Both the position numbers and the translations under genes were made by a program. DNA of 64,000 nt from assembly GCA_016193395.1 (NCBI GenBank), contig JACPSH010000004.1:6549-70548 (forward strand), in the 5' to 3' direction. Of this stretch, positions 8,043-17,182 are shown piece after piece (the stretch's first letter is position 1; each line of letters starts with the position of its first letter). The stretch comes from Gammaproteobacteria bacterium (GTDB lineage Bacteria; Pseudomonadota; Gammaproteobacteria; Eutrophobiales; Eutrophobiaceae). The notes below the pieces were generated by a model that did no database searches, was not told where the DNA came from, and worked only from the letters and a program-made list of their open reading frames with translations.

Positions 8043-9569
8043 ATGGCTGGAGCAGCGCCCGCCGGCGGCAAGCCCGAAACCAGGCTCGAACGGTCGAAGG
8101 AAGACGTCGACCGCGAATTCAGGATGCTCATCGACGGCGAGTGGACGGCGGCGCGCGGTGGCCGGACATTCTCGTGCGTCGATCCATTCCTGGAGGAAAG
8201 CTGGGGGCGCGTGCCGCGCGCGGACGCGGACGACGTCGATCGGGCCGTGCGTGCCGCGCGCCGCGCCTTCGATGACGATGGCTGGCCGAAAACGCCGCCG
8301 GCCTGCCGCGCCGCGCTGCTGCGCAAGCTCGGCCAGTTGATCGAAGAGAATCTGGACGCGCTGGTGCTGCAGCAGATCCGCGAGAACGGCCGGCTCGTCT
8401 CCGAGATGCGGCCCGGCACCGGCGCGGTCGCCACGGCGTGCTATTACTACGCGGGACTGGCGGAGACCTTCCACGGCGTCTCGTTGCCGGTCAGCGTCCC
8501 GAACATCACGAGCTACACGCTGCGCGAACCGATCGGCGTAGTCGCCGCCATCACGCCCTGGAACGCACCGCTGGTGCTGCTCGGTTGGAAACTGCTGCCG
8601 GCACTTGCGGCCGGCAACACGCTGGTCATCAAACCCTCCGAGGTGACGCCGACTTCCACCCTTCTGCTCGCGGAACTGGTGACCCGGGCCGGCTTCCCGA
8701 AAGGCGTGGTGAATGTCGTCACCGGGTACGGCGATCCGACAGGCATGGCGCTGGTGAACCATCCCGGCGTGGACAAGATCGCCTTCACCGGCTCGACCGT
8801 GACCGGCAGGAAGATCGCCCATGCCGCCGCCGAGCGCAACGCGCGCACCTCGCTCGAGCTGGGCGGCAAGTCGCCGAACATCATTTTCGCTGACGCCGAT
8901 CTCGACAACGCGGTCAACGGCGCCATGGCGGGGAGCTTCTCCGCAACGGGTCAGGCCTGCATGGCCGGATCGCGCGTGCTCATCGAGGGCAAGGTGTACG
9001 ACGAGGTGGCCGCGCGCATCGCCGGGCAGGCGAAGAAGATGATCCCCGGCGATCCGCTCGATCCGAAGACGCAGCTCGGACCGCTCGCCTCGAAGATGCA
9101 GCTCGACAAGGTGCTGGGGTATTTCGAGATCGCGAAGCGCGACAGGATTGAAATCCTCACCGGCGGGAAGCGACTCGAGCGCAAGGGATTCTTCGTCGAG
9201 CCCACCGTGTTCGGCAGGGTCGACAACGCCTGCCCGGTGGCGCGCGAGGAGATCTTCGGACCGGTCGTCTCGCTGCTGCCCTTCAACGGCGAGGACCAGG
9301 CGATCGCCATTGCCAATGACACGAGCTACGGGCTCGCCGCCGGCGTGTGGACCGAAAACGTCCGGCGTGCCCACCGCATGGTGCAGCGGCTGCGCGCGGG
9401 CACGGTGTGGGTGAACAACTACCGGCTCGTGTCCCACGCCGTCCCGTTCGGCGGCTACAAGCAGAGCGGCGTCGGGCGCGAGATGGGGCCGGAGGCGCTG
9501 AACGAATTCACCGAAGTGAAGAGCGTCTGGATCGACACCGGCAACAAGGTCAATTTCCCGGCCGGGTAA
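8043..9569 (+). CDS. NAD(P)-dependent aldehyde dehydrogenase (paralog 1)
   Basis: 508 aa with ALDH signatures FTGST, ELGGKSPNIIF and catalytic Cys context GQACMAGSR. Confidence 0.9.
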   Translation: MAGAAPAGGKPETRLERSKEDVDREFRMLIDGEWTAARGGRTFSCVDPFLEESWGRVPRADADDVDRAVRAARRAFDDDGWPKTPPACRAALLRKLGQLIEENLDALVLQQIRENGRLVSEMRPGTGAVATACYYYAGLAETFHGVSLPVSVPNITSYTLREPIGVVAAITPWNAPLVLLGWKLLPALAAGNTLVIKPSEVTPTSTLLLAELVTRAGFPKGVVNVVTGYGDPTGMALVNHPGVDKIAFTGSTVTGRKIAHAAAERNARTSLELGGKSPNIIFADADLDNAVNGAMAGSFSATGQACMAGSRVLIEGKVYDEVAARIAGQAKKMIPGDPLDPKTQLGPLASKMQLDKVLGYFEIAKRDRIEILTGGKRLERKGFFVEPTVFGRVDNACPVAREEIFGPVVSLLPFNGEDQAIAIANDTSYGLAAGVWTENVRRAHRMVQRLRAGTVWVNNYRLVSHAVPFGGYKQSGVGREMGPEALNEFTEVKSVWIDTGNKVNFPAG

Positions 9570-9631
9570 TACCATGCGAATAGGGGACGGATTTAAAATC
9601 TTCCCCCTTACATTTATAAAGGAGACTGCAG

Positions 9632-10003
9632 ATGATTGGTTACGTCACTCTCGGAACGAACGACATCGCCCGTGCGGCGAAATTCTACGATGCGCTGCTG
9701 GGCGAGATGGGCGCCAAACGATTTATGGAATCGGAACGCTTTATTGCCTGGGCCGCCAGTCCGGACGCGCCGGCGCTCGCCGTGATCAAGCCCTTCGACG
9801 GAAAGGCGGGCACGGTCGGCAACGGCGTCATGGTGGCCCTGGCCGCCGACAGTCGGGAGAAGGTCAATGCGCTGTACTCAAAGGCAATTGCGCTTGGCGC
9901 AAAAGACGAGGGCAAACCCGGGCCGCGCGGCGAAGGAGGTTTCTACGCCGGCTACTTCCGCGACCTCGACGGCAACAAGCTGAACTTCTTCCATATGGGA
10001 TAG
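9632..10003 (+). CDS. VOC (glyoxalase/bleomycin-resistance/dioxygenase) family protein
   Basis: 123 aa, MIGYVTLGTNDIARAAKFYDALL...GYFRDLDGNKLNFF, the typical single-domain VOC fold pattern. RBS AAGGAGA lies upstream. Confidence 0.8.
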   Translation: MIGYVTLGTNDIARAAKFYDALLGEMGAKRFMESERFIAWAASPDAPALAVIKPFDGKAGTVGNGVMVALAADSREKVNALYSKAIALGAKDEGKPGPRGEGGFYAGYFRDLDGNKLNFFHMG

Positions 10004-10004
10004 C

Positions 10005-11429
10005 TTGGACTCCAACTACGACCTCGTGGTGATCGGCTGCGGCGCGGCGGGACTTGCCGCCGCGGTCAGCTACGCGGAGGCCGCCGCGACTCAAGAACAC
10101 CGGGCGCGCATCGCTGTGCTTGAACGTGCCACCAAGGAAAACCGGGGCGGGGCCACGCGCTGGACGAGCTCCTGGTTCCGCATCACCGAAGATCGCAGGC
10201 TGGATCCGAATTTCATCGGACAGATGGAGGCCGTCTCGGGCGGGCGCGCCGATCTCGACTATTGCAGGACGCTCGAACGCGAGGTGCCCGGCACGCTCGA
10301 CTTTCTCGAACGGCACGGCGTAGCACTCATTTATTTCAAGCAGCCGTTCCCGAACCGCAACACAGGCGGCGGACTCGGCATGCCGGCACGTGGCGGCTTG
10401 GGGATCGTCGATGGGTTGGCCGCGGCCGTCGATGGCGTGAATGGCGCCGAAATCCAGTACGAAACTGAAGCGGTGCGGCTCAGCCTCTCGGCTGACGGCG
10501 GCGTCGACGGCGTGGTCGTGCGCGGGCGGAACGGCATGCCGCGCACGCTGAATTCGGCCGCGGTCGTGATTGCCGCGGGCGGATTCGAGGGCAGTCCTGA
10601 AATGCTGGCCCGGCACCTCGGGTCACGCGGCCGCGATCTGCCTCTGGTCGCGCCGACGCTCGAGAACAACCGCGGCGACGGGATCCGCATGGCTATCGAG
10701 GCCGGCGCCGGCACCGCCGGCCAGTTCGACATGTTCCACGGCGAACCGGCCGATCCGCGATCGCGGAAGCCCGACGCAGTGGTCTATGCCTTTCCCTACG
10801 GCATCGTCGTCAACCGCCATGCGCGGCGTTTCTACGACGAGGGCAAGGACAGTTTCGATGCCACCTTCGAGGAATTCGCATTCGAGATCTGGTGCAACCA
10901 GGAGCAGAAGGCGTTTCTCATCGGCGATCAGACGACGCTCGCGATCGAACACGTCGACAAGATCATCTTGACCGACCAGCCGCCCCTGGCCGCGGCCACG
11001 ATCGGGGAGCTGGCCCCATTGCTCGGAGTCGACCCCACTGCACTGGAGCGCACCGTCGCGGAATACAACGCCGCTGTCGGACCCGGCCGGTTCGACGCCC
11101 ATTCCCGCGACGGCAAATGCACGCGCGGCATCGATCCTCCGAAGTCCAACTGGGCATTTCCGCTGAACTCGCCGCCCTTCATTGCCTGGCCGCTGACCTG
11201 CGCGATCACGTTCACCTTCGGCGGCATCCGCACGGACGACTCGGCGCGCGTTGTCACGCCCGCGGGCCAAACCATTCCGGGACTGTATGCCGCGGGGGAA
11301 GTCACGGGTCTCTACTACCGCCGTTATCCGGCGGGGACCTCCGTGCTCAGGGCCGCCACTTTCGGCCGCATCGCCGGCGCACATGCCGCCTCGGCGAAAG
11401 CAGGCGCGCGGCGAGCCGCGAGGCGATAA
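10005..11429 (+). CDS. FAD-dependent oxidoreductase, tricarballylate dehydrogenase (TcuA)/fumarate-reductase-flavoprotein-like
   Basis: TTG start, DLVVIGCGAAGLAAA dinucleotide fold, and a C-terminal GLYAAGEVTG motif. Confidence 0.8.
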   Translation: MDSNYDLVVIGCGAAGLAAAVSYAEAAATQEHRARIAVLERATKENRGGATRWTSSWFRITEDRRLDPNFIGQMEAVSGGRADLDYCRTLEREVPGTLDFLERHGVALIYFKQPFPNRNTGGGLGMPARGGLGIVDGLAAAVDGVNGAEIQYETEAVRLSLSADGGVDGVVVRGRNGMPRTLNSAAVVIAAGGFEGSPEMLARHLGSRGRDLPLVAPTLENNRGDGIRMAIEAGAGTAGQFDMFHGEPADPRSRKPDAVVYAFPYGIVVNRHARRFYDEGKDSFDATFEEFAFEIWCNQEQKAFLIGDQTTLAIEHVDKIILTDQPPLAAATIGELAPLLGVDPTALERTVAEYNAAVGPGRFDAHSRDGKCTRGIDPPKSNWAFPLNSPPFIAWPLTCAITFTFGGIRTDDSARVVTPAGQTIPGLYAAGEVTGLYYRRYPAGTSVLRAATFGRIAGAHAASAKAGARRAARR

Positions 11430-11432
11430 ACC

Positions 11433-12260
11433 GTGCGCGTCATCCCGCTCGAATCCGTCCCGCTGGAAGAGCGGGCGCATGTCCGCGAGGGCGCATTCCG
11501 ATCGCGGCGGCTGCTTACCGGCGAAGCCGGCACGCCCGGAAACTTTTCGCTGCAACTTGTGACGACGCCGCAAGGCTACCAATCGCCGCGGCACCGCCAC
11601 AATTTCGACCAGGTGCGCTGCCAGATCGAGGGCGATTTCGATTTCGGCCCGGACGGCGAAATGCACCCCGGCAGCATCGCCTATTTCCCCGAAGCCACGC
11701 ATTACGGACCGCAATCCAGCACGGGCAGCAGCACGACGCTCGTGCTGCAATTCGGCGGCGCCAGCGGCAGCGGATATATCTCCGCCGCGCAGTACGCACG
11801 TGCCGCCGCCGAGCTGGGGAAACGCGGGACGTTTGCGAAGGGCGTCTACACGCGCATCAAGACGGACGACGGCAAAATCAACCAGGATGCCTATGAAGCC
11901 GTGTGGGAACAGGTCAACGGCCGTCCGCTCGTATACCCGAAGCCGCGTTACGCGCGGCCGGCGTTCATGGAGCCGGATCATTTCCACTGGGTGCCGCTCC
12001 CGGATCGGCCGGGCGCGTCCTGCAAACTGCTCGGCGTGTTTTCGGAGGCCCGGACGAAACTGGCGCTCTATCGCATCGCGGCGGGCGGCGTCCTGCCGCT
12101 CGAGGACCACTCCATCTATTTTGTCCGTTCCGGCACGGGCGCCACGGATGGCGGCGATTACGCCGCACAGACGACAATCCATCTGGCGCCGGGGGAGGCT
12201 GTCTCCGCCCGGGCACGGACTGATACGGAGTTGCTTCAAATCGGCCTGCCGCAACTCTAG
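11433..12260 (+). CDS. Cupin-domain protein (two-cupin architecture), function unknown
   Basis: 275-aa ORF starting 4 nt after the flavoprotein gene. It has a His-rich cupin motif, SPRHRHNFDQV...GSIAYFPEATHYG. Confidence 0.5.
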   Translation: MRVIPLESVPLEERAHVREGAFRSRRLLTGEAGTPGNFSLQLVTTPQGYQSPRHRHNFDQVRCQIEGDFDFGPDGEMHPGSIAYFPEATHYGPQSSTGSSTTLVLQFGGASGSGYISAAQYARAAAELGKRGTFAKGVYTRIKTDDGKINQDAYEAVWEQVNGRPLVYPKPRYARPAFMEPDHFHWVPLPDRPGASCKLLGVFSEARTKLALYRIAAGGVLPLEDHSIYFVRSGTGATDGGDYAAQTTIHLAPGEAVSARARTDTELLQIGLPQL

Positions 12261-12318
12261 CCCGGAACGGCTGCGAACTGCCTGTTGCCAGTCGGGCTGT
12301 TCAGAGGCGACACGGTCT

Positions 12319-12461
12319 GGCCGGATTCATCCGCAGGTACTGAACGGCCGGGTGGCATCGGGCACACCTGGACCGCGCGCAGCGCAGGGGACCGAGCGAG
12401 CACGGACGGGTGTGCCCGAGGACAGGACCCGGCCGCCGACCGAGCTTGGATGAATCCGGCC
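12319..12461. repeat. 143-bp nested inverted repeat (MITE-like or structured element)
   Basis: The outer 14-bp perfect inverted repeat is GGCCGGATTCATCC (12319-12332) / GGATGAATCCGGCC (12448-12461). The inner 9-bp inverted repeat is GGGCACACC (12360-12368) / GGTGTGCCC (12409-12417). Confidence 0.5.
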
Positions 12462-12502
12462 GGATCGGCGACGGCTTGACTTCCCCGCCTGGCGTTACCA
12501 TA

Positions 12503-12522
12503 ATTTCTGTAATTACAGAAAT
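12503..12522. promoter_or_regulatory. 20-bp perfect palindrome, candidate operator of the GbsR-type regulator
   Basis: ATTTCTGTAATTACAGAAAT ends 12 nt upstream of the GTG start at 12534, in an AT-rich patch of an otherwise GC-rich spacer. Confidence 0.5.
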
Positions 12523-12533
12523 AAACGTACGTC

Positions 12534-13061
12534 GTGAAACTCTCCCCCGTCGTCAGCAAATACATCGTCCACTGGGGCGAAATGGGATCGCGCTGGGGCG
12601 TGAACCGCACCGTGGCGCAGATCCACGCCCTGCTCTACCTGTCGCCGGAACCGCTCACGGCGGATGAAATCGCCACCGCGCTCGCCGTGGCGCGATCCAA
12701 CGTCAGCACCAGCCTGCGCGAGCTGATGAATTTCCGGCTCGTCAAGATCGCGCACAAGATCGGCGACCGCCGCGACTACTTCGAGTCGGTGCAGGACATC
12801 TGGGAGCTGTTTTTCATCATCGTCGAGGAACGCAAGCGCCGCGAGCTCGATCCGATCATGGCCGTTCTCGAAACCTGCGCGGCGGAGGCTGACGCGGACC
12901 GGAATCTCAACGAAGTCACCCGGGGACGCATTCGCACCATGCACGAGTTCCTGCAATCGACCATGCAGTGGTACTCGGAGGTCCGCGAGATCCCCATCCC
13001 CCTCTTGAAGAAGCTGGTGAAGATGGGATCGAAGGTGGCGAAGTACGCAGGCAAGTGGTGA
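12534..13061 (+). CDS. GbsR/MarR-family winged-helix transcriptional regulator
   Basis: 175 aa. HWGEMGSRWGVNRTVAQIHALLYLSPEPLTADEIATALAVARSNVSTSLRELMNFRLV matches the GbsR/OpcR-type N-terminal wHTH. Confidence 0.8.
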   Translation: MKLSPVVSKYIVHWGEMGSRWGVNRTVAQIHALLYLSPEPLTADEIATALAVARSNVSTSLRELMNFRLVKIAHKIGDRRDYFESVQDIWELFFIIVEERKRRELDPIMAVLETCAAEADADRNLNEVTRGRIRTMHEFLQSTMQWYSEVREIPIPLLKKLVKMGSKVAKYAGKW

Positions 13062-13157
13062 TCGCGCCCGGTACGCCCGCAGGATGCCAATCCCGGCGCA
13101 AGCCGGTATGATCCCCAGCCGCGCGATGTCCACGTTTCCCCGGCTAAAAAAACTGAC

Positions 13158-14309
13158 ATGACCATGATGCTTTCCTCGTTCGCCGGCCAGCCGACGCGGC
13201 CGACGATTCCGGGACCGTTCCTTCGGGCGCTGTTCGGCATTTTCCTGCTGATTGCCGGCGCATCCGCGCAGGCCGTCGACTGGTTGAAACCGTTCAAGAT
13301 CTTCGGCAGCGAAGAGGAGCTCGTTCTCTGGCAAGGACCCGGTCAATACCTCAAGCTCGTCGAGCAAGACCGGTTCAAGAAATACCAGCGTGCGCCGGGC
13401 GGCGATCATCCGGCGAATATCAGCGCGAAGGACTTCGCCGCCGTCCTCGCGTCGTTGTCGGTCGGCAAGGAAGGCGGATCGACGAAGGGCGGCGCGCCTC
13501 TCTTCACGCCGGCGGAGATCGCGTTGATTGCGCCCAAAGTCGCCGATGCGTTAAGCAAGGCGCAGGCAAGACAGGATGTGATCTTCGCCGTGACCGACGC
13601 GCACGGAAAATCCGAACGGATGACGACGGCGGCGCGCGTCTTCGTCGACCAAGGCCAGCTCAATATCATCCTCGGCGACACGATGCAGTCGGGAGGAGGC
13701 GGCGCGGATCAGGCCATCAACCACCATCTCGCGCCCTATCGTCCGGGCCGGCGCCGCGAATCGTTGGACACCGCACAGGAGATGGGCGGTGGACCGGGGA
13801 TTTCCTTCCGCCCCGGCCTGCGCTCGCCACGCTACGACTGGGCAATCGTCGACGTACAGACCGCGGTCGCGGCCTACCGCGGTCCGCAGATCCCGCTTGT
13901 CACGGCGCCGGAGGCCGCCCCCGCAGGCGTGCCGGACGAGACGGCCAGACTCATGCAGGAGCGCCAGCAGATGCGCGAGGAAATGGCGCGCATGCGCAAG
14001 CAGCTCGAAGACCAGCCGGCCGCAGGTATCGCGCCCGCGACGTCGTCGGTTCCACAGGGGGACGGCAGACCCACCGCGCCCGCCGGCGCCATCCCGGAAG
14101 GAACCCGCAGCGCCGCGCCTTCGCCCGCACCGGCGGAAACGCGAGCCGCCGCCGCTGCACCACCACCTGCCGCAACCGCAGCCAAGCCGGCAACCGGCAC
14201 CGAATCGGTCGAACAGCGGCTGAGCGTATTGCAGTCGCTGCACTCCAAGAAGCTCATCACGGACGAAGAGTACGCCGCGAAGCGCAAGAAGATACTGGAA
14301 GAACTCTGA
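13158..14309 (+). CDS. Secreted/membrane-anchored protein with C-terminal SHOCT domain
   Basis: It has an N-terminal hydrophobic signal/anchor (FLLIAGASAQA), a Pro/Ala-rich linker, and a C-terminal LHSKKLITDEEYAAKRKKILEEL (SHOCT-like motif). Confidence 0.6.
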   Translation: MTMMLSSFAGQPTRPTIPGPFLRALFGIFLLIAGASAQAVDWLKPFKIFGSEEELVLWQGPGQYLKLVEQDRFKKYQRAPGGDHPANISAKDFAAVLASLSVGKEGGSTKGGAPLFTPAEIALIAPKVADALSKAQARQDVIFAVTDAHGKSERMTTAARVFVDQGQLNIILGDTMQSGGGGADQAINHHLAPYRPGRRRESLDTAQEMGGGPGISFRPGLRSPRYDWAIVDVQTAVAAYRGPQIPLVTAPEAAPAGVPDETARLMQERQQMREEMARMRKQLEDQPAAGIAPATSSVPQGDGRPTAPAGAIPEGTRSAAPSPAPAETRAAAAAPPPAATAAKPATGTESVEQRLSVLQSLHSKKLITDEEYAAKRKKILEEL

Positions 14310-14345
14310 TTCCGGCCGGGGCGGTGCACTCGTCACCCGAGTCCC

Positions 14346-14681
14346 TTATTTCGCCAAATACTCCGCCAGCGCTTCCAGCTCCGCGTCACTGATCTCGGTC
14401 TTGCGGAAAAAGGGCATGATGGAAACGCCCTTGCGGACGAATTCCTTCGTAATCTCCGCCGTGAGGTCAGTGCGTTCCTTTAGTGTGCCGGGCTTCTTCC
14501 CGCCGTACTTCGCTTCGAGCGCCTGCGTGCCCGGATGATCGGGGCCGGGCGCGTGACACGGCGCGCACCATTTCTGATATACCGCCTGTCCGCGCGAATG
14601 GCCGGCGCCTTCGGCGGCCCAATCCACGGGCGCGAAGACCAGCATGAGGACCGCCGGCAGAATCACCCGCGCCGCGGTCAC
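14346..14681 (-). CDS. Cytochrome c subunit of a p-cresol methylhydroxylase / eugenol hydroxylase-type flavocytochrome
   Basis: The GTG start overlaps the flavoprotein stop (GTGA at 14678-14681). It has a signal peptide and a single CAPCH heme motif, about 110 aa like PchC/EhyA. The remainder of the 315-aa track ORF is a frame artefact. Confidence 0.8.
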   Translation of the reverse strand: MTAARVILPAVLMLVFAPVDWAAEGAGHSRGQAVYQKWCAPCHAPGPDHPGTQALEAKYGGKKPGTLKERTDLTAEITKEFVRKGVSIMPFFRKTEISDAELEALAEYLAK

Positions 14682-16321
14682 GTCCTCTTCCCCTTGCGAT
14701 CTCGCAGGTGCTTCGGCCAGATCCCGTAGCGGCCAGGCGAGAGAATGCCGTTGGGATCGATTGCGTCTTTCACCGTTTCGTGGAAACGAAGCAGCGCGTG
14801 GTTGTTGAAGGAGTACGTCGCCATGACCTCGTCCTGGTAGGCCGGCGCCGTCCGATATTCGCCCCAGCCATGCTCCGCGGCGATCCGGACCAGTTTGCGG
14901 AATGCCTCGCGGTTCCTGCGGTTGGTCTCGACGTCCTTTGTGATCGGGAAGCCGAAGATAAAGATGAACGCGCGCTGCCAGTAGGTCGTCGCCACCGCCA
15001 GCGGACTGATCGGCAGACCGAGTTCCTGCGCCGCGGCGGTAAACACCCGCTGCGCCTCGAACACGGCCTCGCCGGTGCGCGGGATGATGGGCGAGAACCA
15101 GACGTGGCCTTCTCCGGGCGTCGGGTTGATCGTGGAACGCGCGCCGATGAAGAACATCGACAGGTTCGGGATCCCGAACGCGACCTTGTGCACTTTCTCC
15201 TTCTGCTCCGCGGTCAGCGGCAGCTTGTAGAACGCCGTGTCTTCGAACCGGGCGCCGGAGATGGCGGAGAAACGCTCCTTCGAATACTCCCACTGCGCCC
15301 GGATCACCTTTTCCGGGCCGTAGAACTGCAGCTGGGCGGCCCAGAAACCGACGCTGTTCGTCTTGCAGTAGCGTTCCAGGTCCGCCAAGTTCGGCCCACC
15401 GGGTGTCGCCATCTTCGCCCGCACCTCGGGCGGCGGGACATAGCGAAGCTGTTCGCCGGGGTTCAACGGGCCGAGTAGAGGGCTGCCGATAAACGGCATG
15501 CCGGTATAGATGCCGTTGTTCTCGAGGTGGTTGACGATGTCGACCAGCGGGATCAGGTCACCACGGTTGAACACCGACACCGTGCCGGACAGGTAGGCCT
15601 CCGGTTCGGGCATCAGCCAGAATCCCATCTTCGTGACGATGCCGAAGTTCGACTGGGAGAACATGCCGTCGATCCAGGGGCCGAAACCGACCTTGTACTG
15701 TTGCCAGGTCTGCGCGCCGGGCAGCGCGCCCATCCCGGTGCGCATCACTTCGCCGTTGGCGAGCACGACTTCCAAGCCGCAGTGCGCGTCGAAATGGTTT
15801 CGGTACATGGCGGCCGTGTAGCCGCCGCCGCGGTCCAGCGCGTTGCCGATCAGGCTGCCCCAGCCGGGATCCGGCGTGTCGATCCAGAGCTTGTGGCCGT
15901 TCTCCTGAAGTTGCCGGTACAGGTCGAAATAACTGACACCGGGCTCGACCAGGCAGGAGGCATTGCCTTCGTTCACTTCCAGCACGCGGTTCATGCGCTT
16001 CAGATCGAGCACGACGCATCCCGACAGCGTCGGCGCCGAGCCGCCGTAGCCGAGGTTCTTCCCGGTGGAGACGGGATAAAGCGGGACACGGTAGCGGTTG
16101 GCGATACGGACGATCTGCTGCACCTGTTCGACGCCGTCGGGCGCGACCGCGGCGGACGCGACCAGTTCTTCCTCTTCGCCCCAATACGGTGAGTAGGCGT
16201 CGCGGTAGAGCGCGACGTCCTCGTCGCTGCTGAACACCCATTGCCTACCGACAACCGATTCGAACTGTGAGAGGGCCGCGGCGAAATCCGTACTGCTTAT
16301 ACCCGGAGGCAGCTTCATCAC
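14678..16321 (-). CDS. VAO/PCMH-family FAD flavoprotein subunit (p-cresol methylhydroxylase / 4-alkylphenol or eugenol hydroxylase-like)
   Basis: 547 aa with an FAD-binding PCMH-type domain (VAPDGVEQVQQIVRIANRYRVPLYPVSTGKNLGYGG) and a VAO-type cap domain. No N-terminal signal peptide is visible. Confidence 0.85.
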   Translation of the reverse strand: MMKLPPGISSTDFAAALSQFESVVGRQWVFSSDEDVALYRDAYSPYWGEEEELVASAAVAPDGVEQVQQIVRIANRYRVPLYPVSTGKNLGYGGSAPTLSGCVVLDLKRMNRVLEVNEGNASCLVEPGVSYFDLYRQLQENGHKLWIDTPDPGWGSLIGNALDRGGGYTAAMYRNHFDAHCGLEVVLANGEVMRTGMGALPGAQTWQQYKVGFGPWIDGMFSQSNFGIVTKMGFWLMPEPEAYLSGTVSVFNRGDLIPLVDIVNHLENNGIYTGMPFIGSPLLGPLNPGEQLRYVPPPEVRAKMATPGGPNLADLERYCKTNSVGFWAAQLQFYGPEKVIRAQWEYSKERFSAISGARFEDTAFYKLPLTAEQKEKVHKVAFGIPNLSMFFIGARSTINPTPGEGHVWFSPIIPRTGEAVFEAQRVFTAAAQELGLPISPLAVATTYWQRAFIFIFGFPITKDVETNRRNREAFRKLVRIAAEHGWGEYRTAPAYQDEVMATYSFNNHALLRFHETVKDAIDPNGILSPGRYGIWPKHLRDRKGKRT

Positions 16322-16920
16322 GCGATCACCCAGGACACCAGCGGCACCCGATCCGCGGCGGCGTGCGCACGAGCGGTGACGACCGTCGCCTCCGCGGTGC
16401 GCGACCGGGATTCAGGAAAGCGCGTGAACCAATGCGCGATCTGTCCGGGCCAGTTCGCGCCCGCCTCGGCCAGATCCCCGACGCGATGCAGCAGATTCTC
16501 CGGCCCGCGAATGGCATGCTCGATATGTCCGGCCGGCGGGCAGCGGCGTTCCGCGCGGAACACGGCGCGCATCCCCCGATCCCACGCGAGGCGCTCCAGG
16601 CAGAACAACGAATCTCCGGTCGTCATGCCGGCGATCGCCGCCGGACCCTCCCCCCAGCGCGGGTCCAAATCGTTGTACCAGACATCGGTGACATCGCCAC
16701 GAATGGCGCGCGTCAGGACGCGCAGCCGTTCCGCCTGTGCGGCGAAGGCGAGGCTGTGCCCGAAGCGCTCATCGAAGATCACCCTGAACAGACGGATGGA
16801 CGCGGGGGGATCGGCCACGGCCGCGCTCTGCAACAGCGTGGTTGCCGCAAAAGGGAGACTTGAGACTGCCGCGCCGATTTGCAGGAACCGCCTGCGGTCC
16901 AACCTCGTCCGATGCGCCAT
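16318..16920 (-). CDS. Tat-signal protein of unknown function, translationally coupled to the flavoprotein gene
   Basis: ATG 16920 is preceded by GGAGG. MAHRTRLDRRRFLQIGAAVSS carries a twin-arginine motif (RRRFLQ). Its stop overlaps the flavoprotein start (ATGA). The upstream part of the 331-aa ORF is rejected. Confidence 0.6.
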   Translation of the reverse strand: MAHRTRLDRRRFLQIGAAVSSLPFAATTLLQSAAVADPPASIRLFRVIFDERFGHSLAFAAQAERLRVLTRAIRGDVTDVWYNDLDPRWGEGPAAIAGMTTGDSLFCLERLAWDRGMRAVFRAERRCPPAGHIEHAIRGPENLLHRVGDLAEAGANWPGQIAHWFTRFPESRSRTAEATVVTARAHAAADRVPLVSWVIA

Positions 16921-17182
16921 CGATCCTCCGATTCGTCTACCTGATTTTGCCTGACGGCTGCGCCGCAGCCGTCGCTGACGGGAGGGCCATCCTCGGTTTC
17001 CCGCAGTCTGATCGAGGACCACCCGCCGGTCAAATCGCGCCGCGATGTTTGCATCATGGCGACGGGCAGTGTGCTGGCAAACAAGCGGCGAAATTCGTAT
17101 CCTGACGGCGTCGCAGGCCGCCGCTGACGGCATATTGGCTGTCCCGAAACGATCCGACAACGATAACCCAAGGAGACTCGCC

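Noticed and set aside
7962-12254. Minus-strand ORFs 7962..9575 and 10623..12254 (537 and 543 aa)
   Set aside because: They lie opposite well-supported ALDH, TcuA-like and cupin genes, and show low-complexity Arg/Gly/Asp-rich translation.
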